Shown here: positions 19,337-28,423 of the stretch, piece by piece
How the letters are laid out: every line of letters starts with the position of its first letter
How positions within the stretch are numbered: the stretch's first letter is position 1
DNA from: a virus
Lineage: Duplodnaviria; Caudoviricetes
Direction: 5' to 3' (one strand)
Length of the DNA stretch: 64,000 bases
Virus record (IMG/VR): IMGVR_UViG_3300022589_000019
Span: 5,169-69,168 of that record
Translations under genes and position numbers: made by a program
Notes under the pieces: generated by a model
Databases searched by the model: none
Told to the model about the DNA's origin: nothing
The model's input: the letters and a program-made list of their open reading frames with translations, nothing else

Positions 19337-19554
19337 TAGTCGTCCACGGTCTCCATAATATCTTCGAGATGACAATGCATTGACTCGCAAATTTTAAGAA
19401 GAACGTCGGTGGTGATGTTTTCACCTTTACCGAGTTTGGAAATAGAAGCGGCACTTACACCACTGAGTTCTTTCAGATCCTGCTTATTCATATTTTTGTC
19501 GATAAGCATTTTCCAGAGTTTGTTATAACTGATACGCATCTTTATTGCCTCCAA
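19336..19554 (-). CDS. Cro/C1-type (HTH_26) regulator, candidate controller protein
   Basis: ISYNKLWKMLIDKNMNKQDL...SAASISKLGKGENITTDVLLKIC...CHLEDIME. Confidence 0.9.
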   Translation of the reverse strand: MEAIKMRISYNKLWKMLIDKNMNKQDLKELSGVSAASISKLGKGENITTDVLLKICESMHCHLEDIMETVDD

Positions 19555-19561
19555 TTAATTA

Positions 19562-22192
19562 TCATACAAAGTTCGCAAACCAATCGTTCGGGTCTTCCAG
19601 CTTACTTAACCGAGCGAATAGTCTGTCGGAGTATTGTCGCATAAGGTTATATTCTTTCTTTAAGGGGAACGCGTCGTTCTCCATATAAGCAATGAGCTGT
19701 TGATAGAAAGGAATGTCTGCGAGGATGCTGTCAACCTCGATTTCCCACATCTCACCACAGTAATCCGGCTCATAGTCTTCTTCCATCGATTTGAGGAAGA
19801 AGTCAAATTCATACGAATTTGTATCTACAACCTTTGATGTTTCTCTTTCTCCGTGTACGGTAGTCTCCTTGACCTGTATTCTTGCAAAATCCTTTTTAAA
19901 GTGTATCGCATTTGTCGGCCAGTCAAGGTCATCAAGCCGCCCGTTTTGACGAAGAAGATTTTCATTCACAACGAAATCGTAGAAGTAATCTGTGGGTGTA
20001 TTTTCATACCATTCCTCAACATCACCGCAGTGGCTATAAATTGTGGGATACATATATTGAAGGAATGTCCAATATCCATCCTTCTCATCACACTCATTCC
20101 ACAGTTTCTGCAAGTATGGCGCAAAGATATAGCGGTCGATACGATGCGGAATCATATCGTACAGCATGTCAAAGGTCTTGTCATGATAGCTCTTTTGCCG
20201 CATATCCTTAAACTGTTCTGCAATTATGGGCAGTTTGTCGTCCATTTGTGAAGAGAAGAACACCGCAGCAAAGTATTCCTGGAACGACCTATGGATGAAG
20301 TAATACTTATCTCCTTCTTCATACATAATGCAAAGGTTGTCCTTAAGATCAAGCAGGAAATCCCACGCTGTGCATGTCAAATTCTCATCTTTATTTTTTA
20401 GGACTCTATCCATATAATCGCAGAACGAGATAGAAGTAAATTCAAGTTCCTCATCACGATAGGTTCTGGCACAAAATTCCGCAAAGTATTTTGCAAATTC
20501 CTCTGGTTCAAGACCACAATACAAAGGTCTCACGTATGCACCTTTTGTTGCATCGTGTAATCGTGCCATAGTCTCAAACGCCTTTGCATAGAAAATGTGC
20601 ATCTTGCGAGGAATATCACCTATAGCAGAATACGTCATCAGCATTATGGTTAAGAGCAATGGATTACTTGCGAACTGTTTATGCGTTTGGAATAAACGCC
20701 CGTCCAAATCTGCTCTAAACTTTGCCTTTGCTTCTTTATCATAGAAATCCAGTTTATCAATAAGTGAAAGTGCCTGTGTTTTTGTAAACTCATTTATTCT
20801 GAATATAGTAAAGCGTTTGTATGAAAGGAACTGTGTGGTTGGGCGCGAAGAAATCACATATACGTTCTCCGGGCAGCTAATAGTTAAAAGCTCCAGTTCC
20901 TTCTCGAATTTATCACGCAGCCCGCTTGCGATTTCGTCAAGGCCATCAAGGAGGATTATACAATTGCCTTCATCCATTAAATCAAAAATCTCTTCCTTCG
21001 TAATGCTGATATCGATTGCCCTAAAGGATTGATAGATAAAGGTTTTTAAATCACAATCACTGCTATAGTTCTTAAGTGCGATGAAAACTGGCAACTTTCC
21101 ATAGGTATCAAAACGTGCTATCGAATCCAACAACAAGTGTCTCATCATCATCGTTTTGCCAATGCCACCAGTTCCGCTGATAATTGCAAAATTAGACAAA
21201 AGAGCAATCTGGTCGATTGTCATATCAGATAATGCCTCATTATCCATTATTGCTGCCTTTAATCCAGTACCGGTATTGCGATACACATTTAAGTCATTAC
21301 AGACATAAAAATCGTAGAAGTTGCGCGGCTTTTCAGAATAAAGAAGTGTTTTTATGTTGGAATAAAACTTTCTCGTTTTTTCAAGATATCTTTCATACGG
21401 ATTCTCCTTGTTTTTCACTAATGTAGAAACAAGGCTTGTAAATCCACCGGAGTGCGTATATTCAGGAAGTGAATCAATTCGTTTTGTTTTGCCATCACTT
21501 GGTTTCCCAAAAATAGCCATCGGAAATTTCGATATCGAACATTCAATACGTTGTACTATGTTTAACCCTATATCACTGTTGAATTTCCATTCAGCATACT
21601 GATTCGCACGAGTAAACCAAGACTCAAACGTTTCTATGCCGGGTTCGTTATCCGGTCGCTTTGTCAAAATAAAATGTAGAACACTCAATAGGAAATGAGG
21701 AAGGTCGATATATCCTTCTTTAATAAGCTCCGATTTGGGCAAAGAATGATTTTCAAATATCTCGAATAATTCATCATCCGGAATGGTTTCATCAAGCTTT
21801 ATCACTTCAAATAAAGCTTTGGAGAGCCATTCTCTTTTTTTGTCATTTATATAGGTGAAAACAAAGTCCGATATTCGCATTTCAACTTCTTCGCTGTGAT
21901 TCTTTACTGCATTATCAAATGCAGCGATAGTCACTACATCCTTAAAAGGAATGTAAGTGTTATCACTGATCTGGCAGCTTTTATATTGCGATGTTGCTTT
22001 TGCAAAGGTTTTGCCTGACACTTTGGTTTCATTGCCTGTAACAACATAGACAAGCGCCTTCATAACGTCGGCATCGGAGAGTCCATCACTGCCACCCTTC
22101 TGTTTATCTCTCGCTTTCGTGCGATTCTTTCTCGCCTGCAACAGCAGACCAAAGAAAATACCTCCGCACAGATAAGGAACTTTATTAGGCAT
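19562..22192 (-). CDS. NACHT/STAND NTPase (probable anti-phage bacterial NLR-like protein)
   Basis: Walker A GTGGIGKT, Walker B ILLDGLDE, ISSRP, NPLLL; start reassigned to ATG 22192 after AAGGAGG. Confidence 0.85.
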   Translation of the reverse strand: MPNKVPYLCGGIFFGLLLQARKNRTKARDKQKGGSDGLSDADVMKALVYVVTGNETKVSGKTFAKATSQYKSCQISDNTYIPFKDVVTIAAFDNAVKNHSEEVEMRISDFVFTYINDKKREWLSKALFEVIKLDETIPDDELFEIFENHSLPKSELIKEGYIDLPHFLLSVLHFILTKRPDNEPGIETFESWFTRANQYAEWKFNSDIGLNIVQRIECSISKFPMAIFGKPSDGKTKRIDSLPEYTHSGGFTSLVSTLVKNKENPYERYLEKTRKFYSNIKTLLYSEKPRNFYDFYVCNDLNVYRNTGTGLKAAIMDNEALSDMTIDQIALLSNFAIISGTGGIGKTMMMRHLLLDSIARFDTYGKLPVFIALKNYSSDCDLKTFIYQSFRAIDISITKEEIFDLMDEGNCIILLDGLDEIASGLRDKFEKELELLTISCPENVYVISSRPTTQFLSYKRFTIFRINEFTKTQALSLIDKLDFYDKEAKAKFRADLDGRLFQTHKQFASNPLLLTIMLMTYSAIGDIPRKMHIFYAKAFETMARLHDATKGAYVRPLYCGLEPEEFAKYFAEFCARTYRDEELEFTSISFCDYMDRVLKNKDENLTCTAWDFLLDLKDNLCIMYEEGDKYYFIHRSFQEYFAAVFFSSQMDDKLPIIAEQFKDMRQKSYHDKTFDMLYDMIPHRIDRYIFAPYLQKLWNECDEKDGYWTFLQYMYPTIYSHCGDVEEWYENTPTDYFYDFVVNENLLRQNGRLDDLDWPTNAIHFKKDFARIQVKETTVHGERETSKVVDTNSYEFDFFLKSMEEDYEPDYCGEMWEIEVDSILADIPFYQQLIAYMENDAFPLKKEYNLMRQYSDRLFARLSKLEDPNDWFANFV

Positions 22193-22451
22193 AGTAGACC
22201 TCCTTGAAAATAGTAACCATAGAAACCAAAGAAACCTTATCTCCAATTGACAGAAACCCTATCTACTATAGGCTGTAAATAGGATAAGGTATTCGACAGC
22301 ATTCGCAACGCTAATGCAGTATACTACATTATATCACAAATTTTGAATTAAGTCTATACCCACATCAGAATTTCTCGTAAAAGCGTAAAAATTTATGCGA
22401 ACGCAGAAATTTTATCCGCATAGCCTCTGCACTCTGTATCAACTGATCACT

Positions 22452-22608
22452 GGTAGCTCAACGGCGTGTAGCGGAAAACTGAATAATACAGCTGCCTTTT
22501 GAGCGGGTTTGCTGCAATCCGAAGCGGAGTTTTCCGTTAGGACTGCGGTTCTTTCTTCACGCCTTTGCAGCACCTAAAGCCTCCGTTTCGAGAAATCGAG
22601 AACGGAGG
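22452..22608 (+). ncRNA. Putative structured 5' leader of the sigma-like gene, ending in an RBS-sequestering hairpin
   Basis: cctccgtttcga-gaaa-tcgagaacggagg (22580-22608) contains the GGAGG RBS; further helices tgctgcaa/ttgcagca and ggcgtg/cacgcc. Confidence 0.5.
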
Positions 22609-22614
22609 TATTTT

Positions 22615-23100
22615 ATGTTAATTAAGTACGAATCAGTCACAGGAGAAATAACGGAGGTCGAGGTTTCGGAAGAAATCGGTGCCGTTATCATCGACTCTCG
22701 TCGCAAGGAAGAAAACCTTGCAAGAAAAGAACGCTATCACTGCTATTCGTTCGATGCCATCAAATATGGCGACAACGACAAGTTCGCTCCGACAACAGGA
22801 GAAACACCGCTCACGGAGTTGATTCGCAATGAGGATAACTCCTACATATATGAGGCATTTGCAAAACTATCAGATGTCCAACAGCGTCGCCTTCTCAAAC
22901 TTGCAACTGGGATGTCTATGCGTGAAATTGCAAGAGAAGAGTCAGTTGACCACCGGGCAGTTCGTGAGTGCATCGAATCGGCAAGAAAAAATTTTTTGAA
23001 GTTTTTTCAAAAAACACCTCCCCAAAACGACACCCTTTTCTCCGTAGATACGGAAGGGGCAAACAAAACCGCTTCTTCCGAAAGGAGTAAAAAGCAATGA
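22615..23100 (+). CDS. Sigma-70 region-4 (ECF-like) transcription regulator
   Basis: AFAKLSDVQQRRLLKLATGMSMREIAREESVDHRAVRECIESARK. Confidence 0.85.
   Translation: MLIKYESVTGEITEVEVSEEIGAVIIDSRRKEENLARKERYHCYSFDAIKYGDNDKFAPTTGETPLTELIRNEDNSYIYEAFAKLSDVQQRRLLKLATGMSMREIAREESVDHRAVRECIESARKNFLKFFQKTPPQNDTLFSVDTEGANKTASSERSKKQ
23016..23048 (+). promoter_or_regulatory. Putative promoter for the phage sigma-like factor, copy 1
   Basis: ACCTCCCCAAAAC-N10-TCTCCGTAGA; both blocks and the spacing are identical at 59280-59312. Confidence 0.65.
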
Positions 23101-23297
23101 AACATAATCTCACAATCCATGTTTCAAAGAAACACAAGGATGGCGGCATCGTCGCCTGCAAGACGGTAACCCTTCGTGAAAGACTTCTGCGTTTTCTTTT
23201 TGGAGACTTGAAGAAGGTAACGATTCTTGTTCCCGGAGACAGCGTTGACGAGGTTGCCATCAAAGAGAACCCCGGAGGTGACGATGGTGGCAACTAA
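23097..23297 (+). CDS. Small conserved phage protein
   Basis: RBS AAGGAG; first gene of the replication operon. Confidence 0.7.
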   Translation: MKHNLTIHVSKKHKDGGIVACKTVTLRERLLRFLFGDLKKVTILVPGDSVDEVAIKENPGGDDGGN

Positions 23298-24726
23298 CCC
23301 TATGATTCCAATGCCCGTTAAAGCAAGACCCTACGACCATCAGTACAAAGCATTCGATTTCGCTTGCGAAAAATTCGGTCTTCTGCCTTCCGGCTCACGC
23401 AGCAACGGTGTGGCTCTTCTTATGGAGATGGGTACCGGCAAGACGCTCACAAGCATTGCAATCCTCGGTGTCTTATATCAGTTCGGTTTGGTAAGCAAAG
23501 CATTAATCGTTTGCCCGGTATCCATCAAAGGAGTATGGGAGCAGGAAATTGCGAAGTTCGCAGCGTTCCCTTGCAACGTCACAGTGTTAACCGGAGCAAG
23601 CAAGGATAACAAAATACTCCTCAACGGCATCAGCCGTGACGGACTCCAGGTTGTCGTTGTGAACTACGAGAGTGCTCGAATCATCGAGAAGGAACTGCTT
23701 GCTTTCGATGCAGACCTTATCATCGCAGACGAGGCACACAAGATTAAGGAAGCACGAACCGCTCAATCCAAAACGATGCACCATCTCGGTGACAAGGCAC
23801 GGTACAAGCTCCTCTTAACAGGCACAGTTATTACTAACCGTGAGCTTGATGTGTTCTCGCAGTACCGCTTTCTCAATCGTAAAGTGTTCGGTGACAGTTT
23901 CTACGTGTTCCGTAACCGCTACTTTGATATGAAAGGCTACGGTAATCACATCCCTTGTTTTCGCAATTACATGCTCGATGATTTTCTTCAGCGAATGCAC
24001 TCCATTGCTTATCGTGTCACCAAAGCCGAGTGTTTGGATCTGCCGGACATAAGCGAAGAAGTCCGCTATGTACAGCTCGAACCCAAGGCAATGAAGATTT
24101 ACAAGGAACTCGAAAAAGAAAGTTACACCGAGCTTGGTGATTCCGAAGTATCTGCTGTAAATGTGCTAACCAAACTACTCCGCCTCTCCCAGGTAACGGG
24201 TGGACATCTCACCGATGATGAGGGCGACACCAATCTCGTCAGCACAGACAAGCTGAAAGCACTCTCCGATATCCTTGATTCTGCAATAGCGGAAGAAAAG
24301 AAACTCGTTGTAATGGCTCGGTTTGTTCCCGAACTGAACGACATTCAGGCATTGCTTGAAAAGAAAGGCATCGGTTATGCGGTTGTTCGAGGTGGAGTTA
24401 AAAATCGCGAAGAAGAAATCCGCAGATTCCAAGAGGATGCAGATTGCCGTGTGTTCGTAGGTCAGATAGCGGCAGCCGGACTTGGTATTACACTCACCGC
24501 AGCATCCACTATGGTGTTCTACTCTCTCGATTACAGTATGAGTAATTTCGAGCAGGCAAAAGCACGAATCCACCGTGTGTCTCAAAAAGACAACTGCCTC
24601 TACATCTACCTGGTTGCCAAAGGCACCGTTGACACTAAAGTATTACGCGCCTTGCGTCATAAGGTCGACCTCGCTAAAAGCCTGGTTGACGACTACCGCA
24701 AAGGCATCAACCCATTCAAAGAATAA
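23284..24726 (+). CDS. SNF2-family DEAD/DEAH helicase
   Basis: MEMGTGKT, IADEAH, LTGT, QAKARIHRVSQ; start reassigned to 23284 after GGAGG. Confidence 0.92.
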   Translation: MVATNPMIPMPVKARPYDHQYKAFDFACEKFGLLPSGSRSNGVALLMEMGTGKTLTSIAILGVLYQFGLVSKALIVCPVSIKGVWEQEIAKFAAFPCNVTVLTGASKDNKILLNGISRDGLQVVVVNYESARIIEKELLAFDADLIIADEAHKIKEARTAQSKTMHHLGDKARYKLLLTGTVITNRELDVFSQYRFLNRKVFGDSFYVFRNRYFDMKGYGNHIPCFRNYMLDDFLQRMHSIAYRVTKAECLDLPDISEEVRYVQLEPKAMKIYKELEKESYTELGDSEVSAVNVLTKLLRLSQVTGGHLTDDEGDTNLVSTDKLKALSDILDSAIAEEKKLVVMARFVPELNDIQALLEKKGIGYAVVRGGVKNREEEIRRFQEDADCRVFVGQIAAAGLGITLTAASTMVFYSLDYSMSNFEQAKARIHRVSQKDNCLYIYLVAKGTVDTKVLRALRHKVDLAKSLVDDYRKGINPFKE

Positions 24727-24740
24727 GGAGAACTGGATGT

Positions 24741-25148
24741 ATGGATAACTACATTTTTTTACTCGCCGATCAGCTGAAAGAGCTGAAAGACCGCAAGAAG
24801 GAACTGGATGCAGAGTCCAAGGCACTCGGTGCTGAGATTGACCGCCTGGACCTTGAACTTTCCGATGCGATGGCAGAAGCCGAATGCGAACGTTTCTCTC
24901 GCAACGGCAGCACCTTCTATCTCAACACCCGTCTCTTTGCATCCCCGGCGGCAGGCCGTAAAGAAGAGATGATTGAGGCTCTTAAAACCAATGGCTACGG
25001 TGACATCGTAACCGAAACCGTCAATGCCAATACTCTCGCTTCCTTCGTTAAGGAGCAGATGGCACTCAACTGTGATGAAGTCCCGGCGTGGCTGGCCGAT
25101 TGCGTAAGTACTTACGAAAAGGTGTCGGTCGGCATCCGCAAGGGCTGA
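24741..25148 (+). CDS. Phage replication-module protein (coiled-coil N-terminus)
   Basis: Position and RBS; typical of PolA-type siphovirus replication modules. Confidence 0.75.
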   Translation: MDNYIFLLADQLKELKDRKKELDAESKALGAEIDRLDLELSDAMAEAECERFSRNGSTFYLNTRLFASPAAGRKEEMIEALKTNGYGDIVTETVNANTLASFVKEQMALNCDEVPAWLADCVSTYEKVSVGIRKG

Positions 25149-25228
25149 CATAGAACAACGCTCATCGAAACACAGACTCAACGCTACATCGACAAAAAAC
25201 TAATCTCAATTTATAGGAGGACACGCAG

Positions 25229-25996
25229 ATGTCAAATCAGATTGTAAAGAAAGAAACCAACGCAATCGCCAATGTAGGCGGCTTTGCAACCCAGGCAGAT
25301 ATGCAGTGGCTCAACGAAGCTATGAACGAGGACTGTGCCGGTATTGAGCTTCAGCTCGACCGCATTAAGATTCCCGCCGGTGGCTCCACTGCATTCGAGA
25401 TTCCCTCGGCTGATGGTGATGACACCGAAATGGTCAAGGAAATCACAGGCGTAATCCTGTTCAACCATCCCGCCAACGCTTATTACAAGGATAAGTATAC
25501 CGGTGGCAGTAACCCTCCCGATTGCAGTTCCTTTGACGGTATGCACGGCACCGGCACTCCCGGTGGCAACTGCAAGACCTGTCCCTATAACAAGTTCGGC
25601 AGCGGTGATGGCAAGAGCAAGGCGTGCAAGAACCGCCGTATGATTTACATTCTCCGTGAGGGTCATCTTTTCCCGGTTATCCTCAATCTTCCTGTCGGCT
25701 CTTCGGCAGCCTACAAGAACTATGTAAAGCACCTGCTTACCCAGAGAAGCTCTCTCAGCCGTGTCGTGACAACTATCAGCCTCAAAAAGGCTATGTCCGA
25801 CAGCAACATTGCCTATTCCCAGGCAGCCTTTAAGTTCGTTCGCCCGCTCACCAACGAGGAGATTGAGTCCCTCGCGCCTATGGTCGAGCAGATGAAGACT
25901 TATGCCGCAAATCTCACTACTGCTGACCTTGTCGCAGATGAGGAAGCACCCTTCGTGGATGCGGAGACCGGCGAGGTTATCGAACCCTTGAAGTAA
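25229..25996 (+). CDS. Putative phage ssDNA-binding/annealing protein
   Basis: NPPDCSSFDG...CKTCPYNKFGSG...KACKN; acidic aromatic C-terminal tail; upstream of PolA. Confidence 0.65.
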   Translation: MSNQIVKKETNAIANVGGFATQADMQWLNEAMNEDCAGIELQLDRIKIPAGGSTAFEIPSADGDDTEMVKEITGVILFNHPANAYYKDKYTGGSNPPDCSSFDGMHGTGTPGGNCKTCPYNKFGSGDGKSKACKNRRMIYILREGHLFPVILNLPVGSSAAYKNYVKHLLTQRSSLSRVVTTISLKKAMSDSNIAYSQAAFKFVRPLTNEEIESLAPMVEQMKTYAANLTTADLVADEEAPFVDAETGEVIEPLK

Positions 25997-26057
25997 GTTA
26001 ATCGGTGTCCGGGGAGGGATCTCTCTCCCCGGATTACCCCTATAAGGAGACAACGCT

Positions 26058-27986
26058 ATGAACGCTAACTATAAATGCATCACCTCTGTCGAGGGCATTC
26101 GTGAATATATCGGTGATGCTAAAATCATCGCCTTCGACTATGAAACTGCCTCGGATGAGGCATACCGCAACGAGGATAAAGCTGCCCTCGATGCTCACAA
26201 GGCACATATCGTAGGTTGCTCCTTCTCTGTATCGGAGGGCACCGGCATCTATGTACCCGTTGCACACAAGGTCGGTAAGAACATCGAGCCGACCGATTTC
26301 TACAAATATCTCCGTGAATTTCTTGAAAATACCGCAATCGTAAAAATTGCTCATAACCTGGCTTTTGAATCTCAAATGTCCTATGCCCGTGGCATTGTCA
26401 TTATGCCTCCCGTATATGACACCATTGCTGCATCGCAGATGTCTCTCAAGAGCTGCACTGATTTCCGCAAACTTGCCGACAGCGGTCTCAAGAAACTGGC
26501 GGCAGAACTTTGCGGTGAACCGCTTCCGTCTTTTACCGATGTAACCGATGGCAGACACTTTGATGAGCTGAATGCCCAGGATGCAGAAACCGTCCGTTAC
26601 GGTGCTGCCGACTCCGATTACTCTCTCCGTTTGTATAACATCTTTAACAAGTGGTTTGACCGCTTCTTGCCAAAGCACCGCGCCATTGTTGAGGATATTG
26701 AATCGCCTACAGCCGTATATCTCGGCATTATGAAATACAACGGCGTTCCCATCAACTACCCGCTAATGCTTCAGCGTAAAGAGGAAGCCGAAGCTGAAAT
26801 GAACCGCATTCGCAAGGAAATCGCATTCATCATCGGTGATGTTGCTATCGGTGAAAACTGTAGCACAAAGGCGTTCAAGGATTATCTGTTCAAGGACCTG
26901 GGGTTGCCTATTCTCAAAACCACTGCTTCCGATAAGGAAGCCGCCGATGATATGACAATGATTCTGCTCAAAGAGTGGTGTGATGAGAATAAGCCTGAAC
27001 TTTCAACCCTCTTCACTTTGGTGCAGGAATATCGCAAGTGGGGCAAAATCAAGTCCACCTATATTGACGGTTACCTTAAGCACCGCAACTCTGCGACCGG
27101 CAATATTCACCCTGAACTTTTCGCACTTTCTACTGATACCGGCCGTATGAACTGCCGTAACCCTAACGCACAGAATATGCCGAGAAAGTCCAACGACCCT
27201 ATTGGTGTTCGTAACTTCATTAAGGCACCCGAAGGGCATCTCATTCTGTCCTTGGACTTCTCTCAAATCGAACTTCGTGTTGGTGCTTTCTACTGCCGTG
27301 ACAAGGTGATGATGGATACCTACAAGCGCGGTGGAGATATTCACGCAGCAACAACCTCTGTCATCTTTGGTGTTTCTTATGACGAGGCGCAGGATAAACA
27401 TTCTGCCGATTACAAGGAACACCGTACCATCGCAAAGAACGTAAACTTCGGCACTTTCTATGGTCTTTTCCCGAGAGGGTTACAGAAAACCTTGAAGTTC
27501 AAAGCGGGTGTCGAAAAAACCGAAGCCGAGTGTGCTGAAATCATCAATAACCTCAAAGCCGGTTACCGTGGTCTTACCGCTTGGCAGGAAGAAACAAAAG
27601 CCGATGCAGTTCGCAAGATGTACTCGGAAACCTGGGTCGGCAGACGCAGATATTTGCCCGGTGTCCGCAGTGATAATTGGGGCGTGAAGTCCTTTGCAGA
27701 ACGCTGTGCATTGAACACTCCGATTCAAGGCACCGCTGCCGATATTCTCAAACTTGCTATTAAGCGTATTATGTGTGGTGTGCCGGAGAGGGACTGGTTA
27801 AAGCCTATCTTGCAGATCCACGATGAACTGACTTTCATCATTCCCAAAGACAAGCTCTCCGAAGCTGTCCGTTTCATTAAGGAATGTATGGAAGAACAGC
27901 CTTTCCCTGAATTTGATTTACCCCTTGTCGCAGAAGCCTCCGCCGGTGAGACCTTCGGCACGATGGAAGAACTGGAGGATGTGTAA
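26058..27986 (+). CDS. Phage family-A DNA polymerase with 3'-5' exonuclease
   Basis: AFDYET, AHNLAFE; motif A LDFSQIELR, motif B AKNVNFGTFYG, motif C LQIHDEL. Confidence 0.95.
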   Translation: MNANYKCITSVEGIREYIGDAKIIAFDYETASDEAYRNEDKAALDAHKAHIVGCSFSVSEGTGIYVPVAHKVGKNIEPTDFYKYLREFLENTAIVKIAHNLAFESQMSYARGIVIMPPVYDTIAASQMSLKSCTDFRKLADSGLKKLAAELCGEPLPSFTDVTDGRHFDELNAQDAETVRYGAADSDYSLRLYNIFNKWFDRFLPKHRAIVEDIESPTAVYLGIMKYNGVPINYPLMLQRKEEAEAEMNRIRKEIAFIIGDVAIGENCSTKAFKDYLFKDLGLPILKTTASDKEAADDMTMILLKEWCDENKPELSTLFTLVQEYRKWGKIKSTYIDGYLKHRNSATGNIHPELFALSTDTGRMNCRNPNAQNMPRKSNDPIGVRNFIKAPEGHLILSLDFSQIELRVGAFYCRDKVMMDTYKRGGDIHAATTSVIFGVSYDEAQDKHSADYKEHRTIAKNVNFGTFYGLFPRGLQKTLKFKAGVEKTEAECAEIINNLKAGYRGLTAWQEETKADAVRKMYSETWVGRRRYLPGVRSDNWGVKSFAERCALNTPIQGTAADILKLAIKRIMCGVPERDWLKPILQIHDELTFIIPKDKLSEAVRFIKECMEEQPFPEFDLPLVAEASAGETFGTMEELEDV

Positions 27987-28423
27987 TGTATAGAAACAGC
28001 GAAGGATATGCCGACCCTACTGCAGGTGCAGCAATCGGCAAAGTAATGAAGGAATATCGTCTTGAGCGCCGTGAAATTTGGCGGCGCCAGACGGAACTCA
28101 AAGAGCGTCCCAAGGTATATATCGTATCTCGTTATGCCGGGGATGTTGAGAACAATGTCAAGGCGGCTATCCGTTATTGCCGTTTTGCTATTGATAAACA
28201 GAAGATGCCCATCGCAGCACATTTGCTCTATCCGCAGATTGTTGATGATAACGACCCCGTTGAAAGAGAAATCGGTACAATGTACGGTTTAGCATTGCTT
28301 GCTTTGTGCGATGAGATTTGGTGCTTTGGCAAAACCCTCTCTGTCGGTATGGAACAGGAAATCAAAGAAGCCAAGCGCCTCGGTAAACCCATAAAGTACT
28401 TTGATGAGGAGGCGGTCAAATGA
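27986..28423 (+). CDS. DUF4406-like (nucleoside deoxyribosyltransferase-like fold) protein
   Basis: KVYIVSRYAG...PIAAHL...CDEIW...SVGMEQEI. Confidence 0.75.
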   Translation: MYRNSEGYADPTAGAAIGKVMKEYRLERREIWRRQTELKERPKVYIVSRYAGDVENNVKAAIRYCRFAIDKQKMPIAAHLLYPQIVDDNDPVEREIGTMYGLALLALCDEIWCFGKTLSVGMEQEIKEAKRLGKPIKYFDEEAVK

